Source: Paracoccaceae bacterium (GTDB taxonomy: Bacteria; Pseudomonadota; Alphaproteobacteria; Rhodobacterales; Rhodobacteraceae). Taken from it: 64,000 nt of DNA. Below, piece after piece: positions 1 to 8,495 of this stretch. The translations under genes were made by a program, and so were the position numbers. The stretch covers positions 52,534 to 116,533 of the forward strand of contig WKFK01000008.1 in the NCBI GenBank assembly GCA_014872815.1, written 5' to 3'. A model generated the notes under the pieces. That model had not been told where the DNA came from, ran no database searches, and saw only the letters and a program-made list of their open reading frames with translations. How positions within the stretch are numbered: the stretch's first letter is position 1; every line of letters starts with the position of its first letter.

Positions 1-948
1 TTAAGTATCCCGGGGCGCGGCCGCGCGGCGCAGCCGGTCATTGATCGCCCGTCCAAGGCCGTGATCCGGAATAGGCGACACCGCGATTGGCGCATCGCCA
101 TCGGCGTCCAGCGCGTGCAGATGGTGGAACAGGTTTGCGGCGGCTTCGGTCAAATCGCCCGAAACGCTGAGGTTCAAAATCGCCCCATCAACTTTTCCAA
201 AGCCCAACAGGCGCTCACCTTCTGCAATCTCGACCGCGTTCAGGCGCACCGACGCGCCTGGCGCGTAATGGGACAGCATTTGCCCCGGCGCTGTGAGCGG
301 GTCCGCTTCCGAGCGGATCACAACCGGACGTCCTAAAGCCGCCTCGATGGCCTCCTGCGGCAAGCCTCCGGGGCGCAGCAAAGTGGGCTCGTCAAACAGG
401 CCCAGGATGGTGCTTTCCACGCCAACCCCGCAGTCTCCGCCATCCAAGACGGCTTCGATCCGACCAGACAGCCCATTGATCACATGCTGCGCGCGGGTGG
501 GGCTGATTTTGCCTGAGGGATTGGCCGACGGGGCCGCCACAGGTCCATCAAAGGTGGTCAGCAAAGCCTGCGCCACGCTGTGTTCCGGCACGCGGATGGC
601 CAAGGTGGGCAGGTTGGCGGTCACCAGCGGGGACAACCCAGAATCATCTCGCAGGGGCAGCACAAGGGTAAGTGGCCCGGGCCAAAAGGCCGCTGCCAAA
701 CGGTCTGCCAAATCACTCCATTTGACGTAGCGTTTTGCCGCAGCCACATCCGCCACATGCACAATCAACGGATTGAAAGTGGGGCGATTTTTGGCCTCGA
801 AAATCCGCGCCACGGCTCTGTCCTGATGTGCATCTGCCCCAAGCCCGTATACGGTTTCTGTTGGAAATGACACCAATCCACCGTCGCGCAAAACCGATGC
901 TGCACGTGCAAAGCCAGAGGCATCTGGGGAGAGGATTTCTGTGTCCAC
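1..948 (-). CDS. sua5: L-threonylcarbamoyladenylate synthase, Sua5 type (YrdC domain plus SUA5 C-terminal domain)
   Basis: PTETVYGLGADA, KNRPTFNPLIVH, APSANPSG and APGQMLSHYAP motifs; GTG start. Confidence 0.95.
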   Translation of the reverse strand: MDTEILSPDASGFARAASVLRDGGLVSFPTETVYGLGADAHQDRAVARIFEAKNRPTFNPLIVHVADVAAAKRYVKWSDLADRLAAAFWPGPLTLVLPLRDDSGLSPLVTANLPTLAIRVPEHSVAQALLTTFDGPVAAPSANPSGKISPTRAQHVINGLSGRIEAVLDGGDCGVGVESTILGLFDEPTLLRPGGLPQEAIEAALGRPVVIRSEADPLTAPGQMLSHYAPGASVRLNAVEIAEGERLLGFGKVDGAILNLSVSGDLTEAAANLFHHLHALDADGDAPIAVSPIPDHGLGRAINDRLRRAAAPRDT

Positions 949-1063
949 GGTGCGCTCCTGTGACGCTGCGTTTTACTGTGATCGGTTCAACAAGCCCCTT
1001 ATCGTAAGGCCCAAAGCTGCATACAAGCAGCCGCACCTAATGCCAAGCCTGCCGGAGAGACAG

Positions 1064-2782
1064 ATGCCCTTTCGCGCCCCAGTAACCGATATTCAGTTCC
1101 TTTTTGACCACGTGGTGGATTTTGCAAAAGTCACCTCCACCGAGCGCTTTGCCGATGCGGACCACGACACCACCGAGGCAATCCTGCTGGAAGCGGGCAA
1201 AATGGTTGAAGAGGTCATGGCGCCCGTCAATCGTAACGGCGATCTGACCCCGGCGGTTCTGGAAAACGGCGTTGTGCGCACCTCTCCTGGCTTTGCTGAG
1301 GCTTATAAAGCCATTGCCGAAGGTGGCTGGATCTCCACCTCTGCTTCGCCGGAATATGGGGGCATGGGCCTGCCTCACACCATCACCACTGCCGTGAACG
1401 AGATGATGGCCGCAGGCTGTCTGTCCCTGCAACTCAACCCACTTATGACCCAAGGCCAGATCGAAGCATTGGAGCACCACGCCTCTGAGCAAATCAAAGC
1501 AACCTATCTGGAAAAGCTAATCACCGGTGAATGGGCAGGCACCATGAACCTGACTGAGCCTGCAGCAGGGTCCGACGTGGGCGCGCTGCGGTCCAAAGCG
1601 GAACCAAACGGTGACGGCTCCTACGCGGTGACGGGGCAGAAAATCTACATCAGCTGGGGCGACAACGACTTCACCGGCAACGTCTGTCATCTGGTGCTCG
1701 CCCGTCTGCCTGACGGTGTGCCTGGCACCAAAGGCATCAGCCTCTTTATTGTCCCCAAGTACATCCCGGATGAAAACGGCAACTCCGGCGTGGCCAACAC
1801 CCTAGGCGTTGTGAGCCTCGAGCACAAAATGGGCTTGCACGGGTCTCCAACCGCGGTCATGCAGTTTGACGGCGCCAAAGGCTGGCTTGTGGGCGATGCC
1901 CATGACGGCATGAAGTGCATGTTCACCATGATGAACAACGCCCGCCTCGGTGTGGGTGGTCAGGGCGTGGGCGCCGCAGAAGGCGCCTACCAGAAAGCCC
2001 TCGAATATGCGATGGAGCGCAAACAGGGCCGCACCCCGGTTGAGGGCTCTGGCACCATTGTGGACCACGCCGATGTGCGCCGCATGCTGGCTGGTATGAA
2101 GGCTGACATCTTTGCCGCCCGTGCCATCGAAATGGCCTGCGCTGTGGCCATCGACATGGGCACTGCCACCGGTGACAAAGACTGGAAAGCCCGCGCGGCC
2201 TTCCTGACCCCGATTGCCAAGGCCTTTGGCACGGATGTGGGCATCAAAGTGTCGGAAGATGGTGTGCAGGTCCACGGCGGCATGGGCTTCATCGAGGAAA
2301 CCGGGGCCGCGCAGTATTCCCGCGATGTCCGCGTCACGGCGATCTACGAAGGCACCAACGGTATTCAGTCCATGGACCTCGTGGCGCGTAAATTGATGGA
2401 CGGGGGCGACGCCGCCTACGCGCTGCTTGATGAAATCGAAGATTGCGCCGAAAAAGTCCGCGAAAGTATGTCCGACCTAGCAGAGCCGCTGTGGCAAGCC
2501 ACCGAGACCCTGCGCGAAGCCACGGAATGGATGGTGGCGCAAGGCAACATGAACGACCGCTTTGCCGGCTCCGTGCCTTTCCTGCGTGGCTTTGCCCGTG
2601 TGCTGGGCGGCTATTTCCACCTGCGCGCCGCCATTGCCGAAGGCGGCAACGGCCCACGCACACGGTTGGCCCGTTTCTACATGCAGCGCTTGCTGCCGGA
2701 ACACGCCGGAGTGTTGGTGCACGCGATGCAGGGCGCAGATGACCTCTACGCCATCACCCCAGAAGATCTGGGCGCAGCCTGA
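1064..2782 (+). CDS. Acyl-CoA dehydrogenase, DmdC-like subfamily (3-methylmercaptopropionyl-CoA dehydrogenase-like)
   Basis: MNLTEPAAGSDVG, KMGLHGSPT, GVQVHGGMGFIEETG and IYEGTNGIQ motifs; start refined to ATG 1064 behind GGAGA. Confidence 0.9.
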   Translation: MPFRAPVTDIQFLFDHVVDFAKVTSTERFADADHDTTEAILLEAGKMVEEVMAPVNRNGDLTPAVLENGVVRTSPGFAEAYKAIAEGGWISTSASPEYGGMGLPHTITTAVNEMMAAGCLSLQLNPLMTQGQIEALEHHASEQIKATYLEKLITGEWAGTMNLTEPAAGSDVGALRSKAEPNGDGSYAVTGQKIYISWGDNDFTGNVCHLVLARLPDGVPGTKGISLFIVPKYIPDENGNSGVANTLGVVSLEHKMGLHGSPTAVMQFDGAKGWLVGDAHDGMKCMFTMMNNARLGVGGQGVGAAEGAYQKALEYAMERKQGRTPVEGSGTIVDHADVRRMLAGMKADIFAARAIEMACAVAIDMGTATGDKDWKARAAFLTPIAKAFGTDVGIKVSEDGVQVHGGMGFIEETGAAQYSRDVRVTAIYEGTNGIQSMDLVARKLMDGGDAAYALLDEIEDCAEKVRESMSDLAEPLWQATETLREATEWMVAQGNMNDRFAGSVPFLRGFARVLGGYFHLRAAIAEGGNGPRTRLARFYMQRLLPEHAGVLVHAMQGADDLYAITPEDLGAA

Positions 2783-3825
2783 TGAAAGACGGCGCGGCGG
2801 GCATTCGCTATCCCTGGGATATCCCTCCGGCGGAGGGGGAGGCCATCGAAGTGGCCGAAGGCGTACTTTGGATGCGCCTGCCGTTGCCGATGAAGCTCGA
2901 CCACGTCAACATCTACGCGTTGGATGAGGGTGACAGCTGGACCATTGTCGACACCGGTTTTGACAGCAAACGCGGCCGGGCCATTTGGGAAACCCTTATG
3001 TCCGGACCGCTGGGCGGCAAACCGATTTCGCGCGTTGTGGTCACCCACCACCATCCTGACCACGTAGGTCTCGCCGGTTGGTTCCAGACAGAGCACGGCG
3101 CGAGCCTCTGGACCACGCGCACCGCGTGGCTCTTTGCCCGCATGCTGCAACTGGACGAGCAGGCCGTGCCACGTCAGGAAACGTTGGATTTCTATCGCGC
3201 CTGCGGCATGGACGAAGAGATTTACAACCAACGCGCCAGCGAGCGGCCCTTCAACTTTGCCGACGTGGTTGCGCCGATGCCTTTGGGGTTCAAGCGCATC
3301 AAGCAGGATGACGTGATCGAGATGGGCGACCGCAAATGGACCGTCCACATTGGTAACGGACATGCACCTGAACACGCGACTTTCTGGTCTCAAGATGACA
3401 ATCTCGTGCTGTCGGGGGATCAAATTCTGCCGTCGATCAGCTCCAACATCGGCGTTTACGCCACCGAACCCGAGGCCGACCCTGTGGCCGACTGGCTCGA
3501 AGCCTGTGAACGCCTCAAGCAATATGCCCGCGACGATCAGCTGATCCTTGGTGGTCACAAACTGCCCTTCACCGGCGCACCGCTGCGCATGAAGCAGTTG
3601 ATTGAAAACCACCACGGCGCGCTCAAGCGTCTGCTGGAGCATCTCGACACGCCCCAAACTGCCGCGGAATGCTTCCTGCCGTTGTTCAAACGCCAGATAG
3701 ACGGCGGTGCCTATGGACTTGCTTTGGTTGAAGCCCTTGCACATCTCAACCATCTTTACCAAGTTGGCGCTGCAAGCCGCACCACGCGCGAAGACGGCGC
3801 GTATCTGTGGCAACGAATAGACTGA
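2782..3825 (+). CDS. MBL-fold metallo-hydrolase
   Basis: VTHHHPDHVG (HxHxDH), GHAPEH, SGDQIL, PGH-like GGH; TGATG overlap with the upstream stop. Confidence 0.9.
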   Translation: MKDGAAGIRYPWDIPPAEGEAIEVAEGVLWMRLPLPMKLDHVNIYALDEGDSWTIVDTGFDSKRGRAIWETLMSGPLGGKPISRVVVTHHHPDHVGLAGWFQTEHGASLWTTRTAWLFARMLQLDEQAVPRQETLDFYRACGMDEEIYNQRASERPFNFADVVAPMPLGFKRIKQDDVIEMGDRKWTVHIGNGHAPEHATFWSQDDNLVLSGDQILPSISSNIGVYATEPEADPVADWLEACERLKQYARDDQLILGGHKLPFTGAPLRMKQLIENHHGALKRLLEHLDTPQTAAECFLPLFKRQIDGGAYGLALVEALAHLNHLYQVGAASRTTREDGAYLWQRID

Positions 3826-3840
3826 CAGGCGCGAACACTT

Positions 3841-4299
3841 ATGACTGACGAGATCAAAACCACCGCGGAAGCCATCGAAGCGGAGGCTTTGCCTCGCTTG
3901 TACGAAGTGCATTCTGACCCCGACGCGGAGACCGTGGCGGTGCCGGAAGACATTGCCAAGCAGCCGGTGAAAAAGAAAAGCGCGGCGGAATGGGCCTACG
4001 AACGCCTGATCCTTTACATCCAGAACTTTGAAAAGCAGCTGGACAACGAGCACGAAGTGGCGATGGGCTTTGTTGGTGGCGAAGCCGGTGTATTGCGCAT
4101 CGAAGGCATGGGCTTTTTTGACCCCGACATTGTGACCTTTTACGGCACTGACAGCAGCGGTATCAAAACTCAGTTGGTGCAGCATGTCAGCCAACTCAAT
4201 GTCATGCTGCGTGCCTTGCCCAAACAGAAAGACTCCGGCGAGGCGCCGTCTCGAATTGGTTTCCGTTTGGCCGAGGGTCTTAAGAAGGACAGCGCTTAA
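3841..4299 (+). CDS. Conserved hypothetical protein (DUF6173-like)
   Basis: AEWAYERL..YI..FE..LD...EVAMGF and QLVQHVSQLNVMLRA..RIGF pattern. Confidence 0.7.
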   Translation: MTDEIKTTAEAIEAEALPRLYEVHSDPDAETVAVPEDIAKQPVKKKSAAEWAYERLILYIQNFEKQLDNEHEVAMGFVGGEAGVLRIEGMGFFDPDIVTFYGTDSSGIKTQLVQHVSQLNVMLRALPKQKDSGEAPSRIGFRLAEGLKKDSA

Positions 4300-4391
4300 A
4301 ACTGCGATCCGGTCCTGCGACACCTGAGTGGGTGACAGGGCCAGATGAATCAGCTATCCAGCGCATTAAGCAGACAGGAAGGAACACTCCC

Positions 4392-4526
4392 ATGGCCGAA
4401 CACAAGCACGGTTCTATGAACATTGAAGCCCAGGAAAAAGCATTCACAGGCTTCATCAAAGCATCCACCTATGTGTCTATTGCGGCGATTGTCGTACTCA
4501 TCTTCCTGGCGTTGTTTAACAGCTGA
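4392..4526 (+). CDS. aa3-type cytochrome c oxidase subunit IV
   Basis: 44 aa MAEHKHGSMNIEAQEKAFTGF plus one TM helix; RBS AGGAAGGA upstream. Confidence 0.85.
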   Translation: MAEHKHGSMNIEAQEKAFTGFIKASTYVSIAAIVVLIFLALFNS

Positions 4527-4551
4527 TCACGTTGGGCGGGGGTGCCCTTTT

Positions 4552-5181
4552 ATGACAGTTTTGGTGCGCGTTTTGGCGCTTTTGGCGCTGGTGGCCTCTC
4601 TATCGGCATGTTCTATACGGAACCCGGCGTCCAGCAATTCGCCGGACTCCGCTGTGGAGGCCGCGCGCTATGTGCATGACGGCCCCAAACGGTTAACGCT
4701 GTACACCATGATCTCCAACGATAGCGGCTCTGGCGCGCACACCTCGTTGATGATCAATGGCAGCCAACGTGTGGCGTTTGATCCAGCGGGTTCCTTCCGC
4801 AAAGAGGGCGCAATCGTAGCCAAGAACGATGTGGTCTACGGTATGACGCCGTACATGGAAGATCAATACACCCGCTTTCATGCGCGGGAGACCTACCATG
4901 TGGTGGTGCAGTCCATCGATGTGAACCCGCAAGTGGCTGAGATGGCGCTGCGTGGCGCGCAATCCCTTGGACCGGTGACCGAGGCGCAGTGCGCCAAGTC
5001 CACGTCCGCTTTGCTCAAGACCTTGCCAGGATTTGAGGACGCGCCACAGTCCTACTATCCGCGCAAGCTGATGGACTACTTTGCGGACAAAGGCGCGACT
5101 TATGATCGTCTGTTTGAGTATGACGACGACGACAAGTCCAAGGTGCTCGCCGCCTTTGTGCCGGAATACGAACGCCAGTGA
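4552..5181 (+). CDS. Hypothetical lipoprotein, possible permuted papain-like hydrolase
   Basis: Lipobox LSAC (Cys20); AHTSLMI..FDPAG and later QCAKSTSALL; followed by a terminator. Confidence 0.65.
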   Translation: MTVLVRVLALLALVASLSACSIRNPASSNSPDSAVEAARYVHDGPKRLTLYTMISNDSGSGAHTSLMINGSQRVAFDPAGSFRKEGAIVAKNDVVYGMTPYMEDQYTRFHARETYHVVVQSIDVNPQVAEMALRGAQSLGPVTEAQCAKSTSALLKTLPGFEDAPQSYYPRKLMDYFADKGATYDRLFEYDDDDKSKVLAAFVPEYERQ

Positions 5182-5202
5182 TATCTTGGAAATGATGCAC
5201 AG

Positions 5203-5226
5203 AAGCGCCCTCCGGGGCGCTTTTTT
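5203..5226 (+). terminator. Rho-independent terminator
   Basis: AAGCGCCC/GGGCGCTT stem followed by a T-run. Confidence 0.8.
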
Positions 5227-5239
5227 GTGCGTTAATCGC

Positions 5240-5286
5240 CACCGTCGCAATACAGACGTAATACCGACGCAATACCGACGTGGATT
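5240..5286 (+). repeat. Dispersed repeat family A (11-bp tandem units), copy 1
   Basis: CACCGTCGC-AATACAGACGT-AATACCGACGC-AATACCGACGT-GGATTT; 5250-5283 is identical (34/34) to the reverse complement of 63197-63230. Confidence 0.9.
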
Positions 5287-5610
5287 TTAGAGGAAATACA
5301 GGCCCAGAAACAACGTCGCCGCGCCTCCGAAAATCGCCGCCAAAACGTTCTTGGTGATATAGCCAACTCCCAGCGTCACAGCGGCAGCTGCCAGTCGCGC
5401 CGGGTCCGGTTGCCCTTCGGTTGCCGCAGGCCACAGCACGAGCGGCGCCACCAAGCCCGGCAGCACGGCCACAGCTGTATAGCGCAGATGGCGCAGCACC
5501 CATTCGGGCATTTGGCGGTCGCCAATCACGCCCAAAAACAGGAAGCGCAGCCCAAAGCTACCCAGTCCCATGGCGACAATGATCACCCAGATGGTTGTGC
5601 TCTCGCTCAT
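5287..5610 (-). CDS. azlD: AzlD-family branched-chain amino acid transport protein
   Basis: 107 aa hydrophobic protein, LRYTAVAVLPGLV; overlaps the azlC stop. Confidence 0.85.
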   Translation of the reverse strand: MSESTTIWVIIVAMGLGSFGLRFLFLGVIGDRQMPEWVLRHLRYTAVAVLPGLVAPLVLWPAATEGQPDPARLAAAAVTLGVGYITKNVLAAIFGGAATLFLGLYFL

Positions 5611-6320
5611 GCCATGTCCTTGTTTTCGGTGCGCAATTCCACAAAGGCACCGGTCATCATGCCGGCAATCCCCGCCACGATCAGACCGAGGTTCCAGGGC
5701 AGAAAGGCAAAGAGCAGCGCGCAGACGACTGACACCACCGCCGCCGCAACATGCGCCTTGGTGCGCAACATTGGACCAATCATCGCCAGGAACGTGATGG
5801 GTACCGCAAAATCGAGCGCAAAGCTGTCCGGAATGGACTGCCCCACCAAGGCCCCGACCAGCGTGGCAAGGTACCAATTTGGCAAAACCGGCGCGATAAC
5901 TCCCGCAAAATAGGAGGTTTTCTGCGCCAATGTCATCTCAGGCCGCTTTTCATATTCCATGACCGAGAGAGCGTAGCTTTGGTCCACCAGACTGTAGGCC
6001 ACCAATGCCCGCCGCCACACTGGCAAAGGCCCAAGATGCGTTGTCATCGAGGCCGAATACATCGCCATGCGCAGGTTTACCGCCAGTGCTGAAGCGATCA
6101 CCACAATGGTCGGCGCATTGTCCGCCATAAGCTGCAAAGCCGTGAACTGCGCTGCCCCTGCGATCACCACAATCGAGAAGCTCATCACCTGCACCAAAGG
6201 CAGTCCGGCCTCGGTGGCCACAACGCCAAACAACATGCCAAAAGGCCCGACCACGAGCACAAACGGCAATCCGTCCCGGAAGCCGCGCCAGAAGGTCGAT
6301 CTATCCCAATATGACGCCAT
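5607..6320 (-). CDS. azlC: AzlC-family branched-chain amino acid permease
   Basis: FWRGFRDGLPF, IAGAAQF, VNLRMAMYS and LDFAVPITF motifs. Confidence 0.9.
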   Translation of the reverse strand: MASYWDRSTFWRGFRDGLPFVLVVGPFGMLFGVVATEAGLPLVQVMSFSIVVIAGAAQFTALQLMADNAPTIVVIASALAVNLRMAMYSASMTTHLGPLPVWRRALVAYSLVDQSYALSVMEYEKRPEMTLAQKTSYFAGVIAPVLPNWYLATLVGALVGQSIPDSFALDFAVPITFLAMIGPMLRTKAHVAAAVVSVVCALLFAFLPWNLGLIVAGIAGMMTGAFVELRTENKDMA

Positions 6321-6469
6321 AATAGCCTCGCTGAAATCTACTTTTGTCGGGGTAGCGAGTTGGCTGAAGCTGCGCAAGCGTTGTGAACGCAAGGTCGCAG
6401 CAAAGTTTTTGATGGTGGCAATGCAAAAAAATCATCACTAGGTTGCCCGTTAACCAACGGAGGACACTC

Positions 6470-7357
6470 ATGGCAGACGCGCCGGACCTGGCACAATATC
6501 TGATTGCCCCTGATCCCAAAGCGCCACGCTTGACTTGCGCTGTGACCGGCGTAGATCACCTCGGGCAAGAAACAGAAATTTCCGTTGTAGAAGAACGGCC
6601 TCTGACGATTTACCTCAATAGTCAGGAAATCGTGACAGCCATGACCATTAGCGACTATCCGGAGTATCTGGCGGTTGGATTTCTGCGCAATCAGGGCATG
6701 TTGCGAGACGGCGACGTCGTCACGCGTGTGGATTATGACGACGAACTCGAAGTGGTTGTGGTGCGTACTGAAACCGAAACCAATCACGAAGAAAAACTCA
6801 AGAAAAAGACCCGCACATCGGGCTGTGCTGTCGGCACCGTTTTTGGTGACATGATGGAGGGTTTGGAGGGCGTTGAGTTGCCGCAGACGCAGGTCAAAAC
6901 CAGCGACCTCTATGCCCTTGCCAACACCATCAACCGAACGCCTTCTCTGTATCTGGAGGCTGGCGCCATACACGGCACTGTGCTTTGCCAAGGCGCGCGT
7001 CCCTTGGTCTATATGGAGGACGTTGGGCGCCACAATGCGGTCGACAAAATCTCCGGCTGGATGTTCCAGCATGGCGAAACGGCGGCAGACAAGATGCTCT
7101 ACACAACCGGTCGGTTGACGTCGGAAATGGTGATCAAATGCGCCTTGATGGGCATTCCTGTTTTGGCCTCTCGCTCTGGCTTCACCGCTTGGGGGGTGGA
7201 GATCGCGCGCCAAGTGGGGCTCACCGTGATTGGCCGGATGCGTGGACAGCGTTTTGTCTGCCTCAGCGGAGAAGACCGGTTGCTACGCGATGTTGATCCA
7301 GCAAGTGTGCCAGACGAAGGTAAGAAGCACGCGCGCAAAGGGGGATATGGTCGATGA
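6470..7357 (+). CDS. fdhD: Formate dehydrogenase accessory sulfurtransferase FdhD
   Basis: EERPLTIYLN, RTSGCAVGT, EDVGRHNAVDK and TTGRLTSEMV motifs; RBS GGAGG. Confidence 0.95.
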   Translation: MADAPDLAQYLIAPDPKAPRLTCAVTGVDHLGQETEISVVEERPLTIYLNSQEIVTAMTISDYPEYLAVGFLRNQGMLRDGDVVTRVDYDDELEVVVVRTETETNHEEKLKKKTRTSGCAVGTVFGDMMEGLEGVELPQTQVKTSDLYALANTINRTPSLYLEAGAIHGTVLCQGARPLVYMEDVGRHNAVDKISGWMFQHGETAADKMLYTTGRLTSEMVIKCALMGIPVLASRSGFTAWGVEIARQVGLTVIGRMRGQRFVCLSGEDRLLRDVDPASVPDEGKKHARKGGYGR

Positions 7358-7974
7358 AACAACCCCTTGGCGTGATTTTGGCCGGAGGCCAGGCCACCCG
7401 CATGGGCGGTGGAGATAAGGGCCGCTTGTCCTTAGGTGGCAAACCCATTTTGCAGCACGTGATCGACCGTTTGGAGCCACAGGTGGCTGGCATGGCGCTC
7501 AACGCCAACGGCGATCCTGCGCGGTTTGCAGATTTGGATATGCCCGTCATTCCGGACTCTCTGGCGGAGTTTCCTGGGCCTTTGGCAGGGGTGTTGGCCG
7601 GTCTGGATTGGGCGGCAGAGCAGGGGGCAGACGCGATTGTGACGGCCGCAGCCGACACGCCCTTCTTCCCCTGTGACTTGGTGCCACAACTCTTGCTGGC
7701 TGCTGAAACCAACCCCCATCCGCTCGCCTTGGCCGCCTCGGGAGAGCCGGGCGGTAAGTTATGGCGGCAGCCGACCTTTGGCCTCTGGCCTGTGGCTTTG
7801 CGGGAGGATCTGCGTGCTGCCCTGGAAGGAGGCCTGCGGAAAGTTGTGATCTGGACGGACAAACATGATGCAGGTCAAGCCGCCTTTGTGCAAAGCGGGA
7901 TAGATCCTTTCTTTAATGTGAATACACCGGAAGACCTTGAAGAGGCGCGCCGGATTGCTGGAGAGATTGAATAA
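7354..7974 (+). CDS. mobA: Molybdenum cofactor guanylyltransferase
   Basis: ILAGGQATRMGGGDK, GPLAGVLAGL and FFNVNTPEDL motifs. Confidence 0.95.
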   Translation: MKQPLGVILAGGQATRMGGGDKGRLSLGGKPILQHVIDRLEPQVAGMALNANGDPARFADLDMPVIPDSLAEFPGPLAGVLAGLDWAAEQGADAIVTAAADTPFFPCDLVPQLLLAAETNPHPLALAASGEPGGKLWRQPTFGLWPVALREDLRAALEGGLRKVVIWTDKHDAGQAAFVQSGIDPFFNVNTPEDLEEARRIAGEIE

Positions 7975-7976
7975 CA

Positions 7977-8486
7977 ATGCAAATCTATGGCGTTGTCGGG
8001 TGGAAGAATTCGGGCAAAACTGGGTTGATGGAACGTTTGGTGACCGAAATTACTGGGCGCGGCTTTAGTGTGTCCACAGTCAAACATGCGCACCACAGCT
8101 TTGACGTGGATCACCCAGGTAAGGACAGCCACCGCCATCGGGTGGCTGGAGCGCGGGAAGTCCTGTTAGCCAGCAAAAGCCGCTGGGCATTGATGCATGA
8201 GTTGCGCGATGAGGCGGAACCAACGCTTGAGGAACTGCTCACCAAGCTCTCAGATGTCGATCTGGTGTTGGTGGAAGGCTATAAGCGGGATGCCCATCTA
8301 AAGGTCGAAGCCCACCGTCAGGAAACCGGCAACGCGCTGATTTCGCCAGAAGATCCGACCATTCGCGCAATTGCCAGCGATGTGGCGCTGGAAAACGATA
8401 AACCGGTTTTTGACTTGAACGATACAAAGGCAATTGCTGATTTTATTCTATCCGACTTGGGGATGACCGCATCATCCGCCGGTTAG
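7977..8486 (+). CDS. mobB: Molybdopterin-guanine dinucleotide biosynthesis protein B
   Basis: GWKNSGKT P-loop, VKHAHHSFDVD and LVEGYK motifs. Confidence 0.95.
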   Translation: MQIYGVVGWKNSGKTGLMERLVTEITGRGFSVSTVKHAHHSFDVDHPGKDSHRHRVAGAREVLLASKSRWALMHELRDEAEPTLEELLTKLSDVDLVLVEGYKRDAHLKVEAHRQETGNALISPEDPTIRAIASDVALENDKPVFDLNDTKAIADFILSDLGMTASSAG

Positions 8487-8495
8487 GAGGCCCGT

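Noticed and set aside
941-1063. N-terminal extensions given by the ORF track (also at 11457, 13251, 32172, 33709, 50321, 51952, 57767, 61596)
   Set aside because: Downstream starts have clear SD sequences and match family N-termini, and several extensions overlap neighbouring genes
5240-5286. Family A tandem units as a mini-CRISPR array
   Set aside because: The units are contiguous 11-mers with no unique spacers, and there are no cas genes in the window
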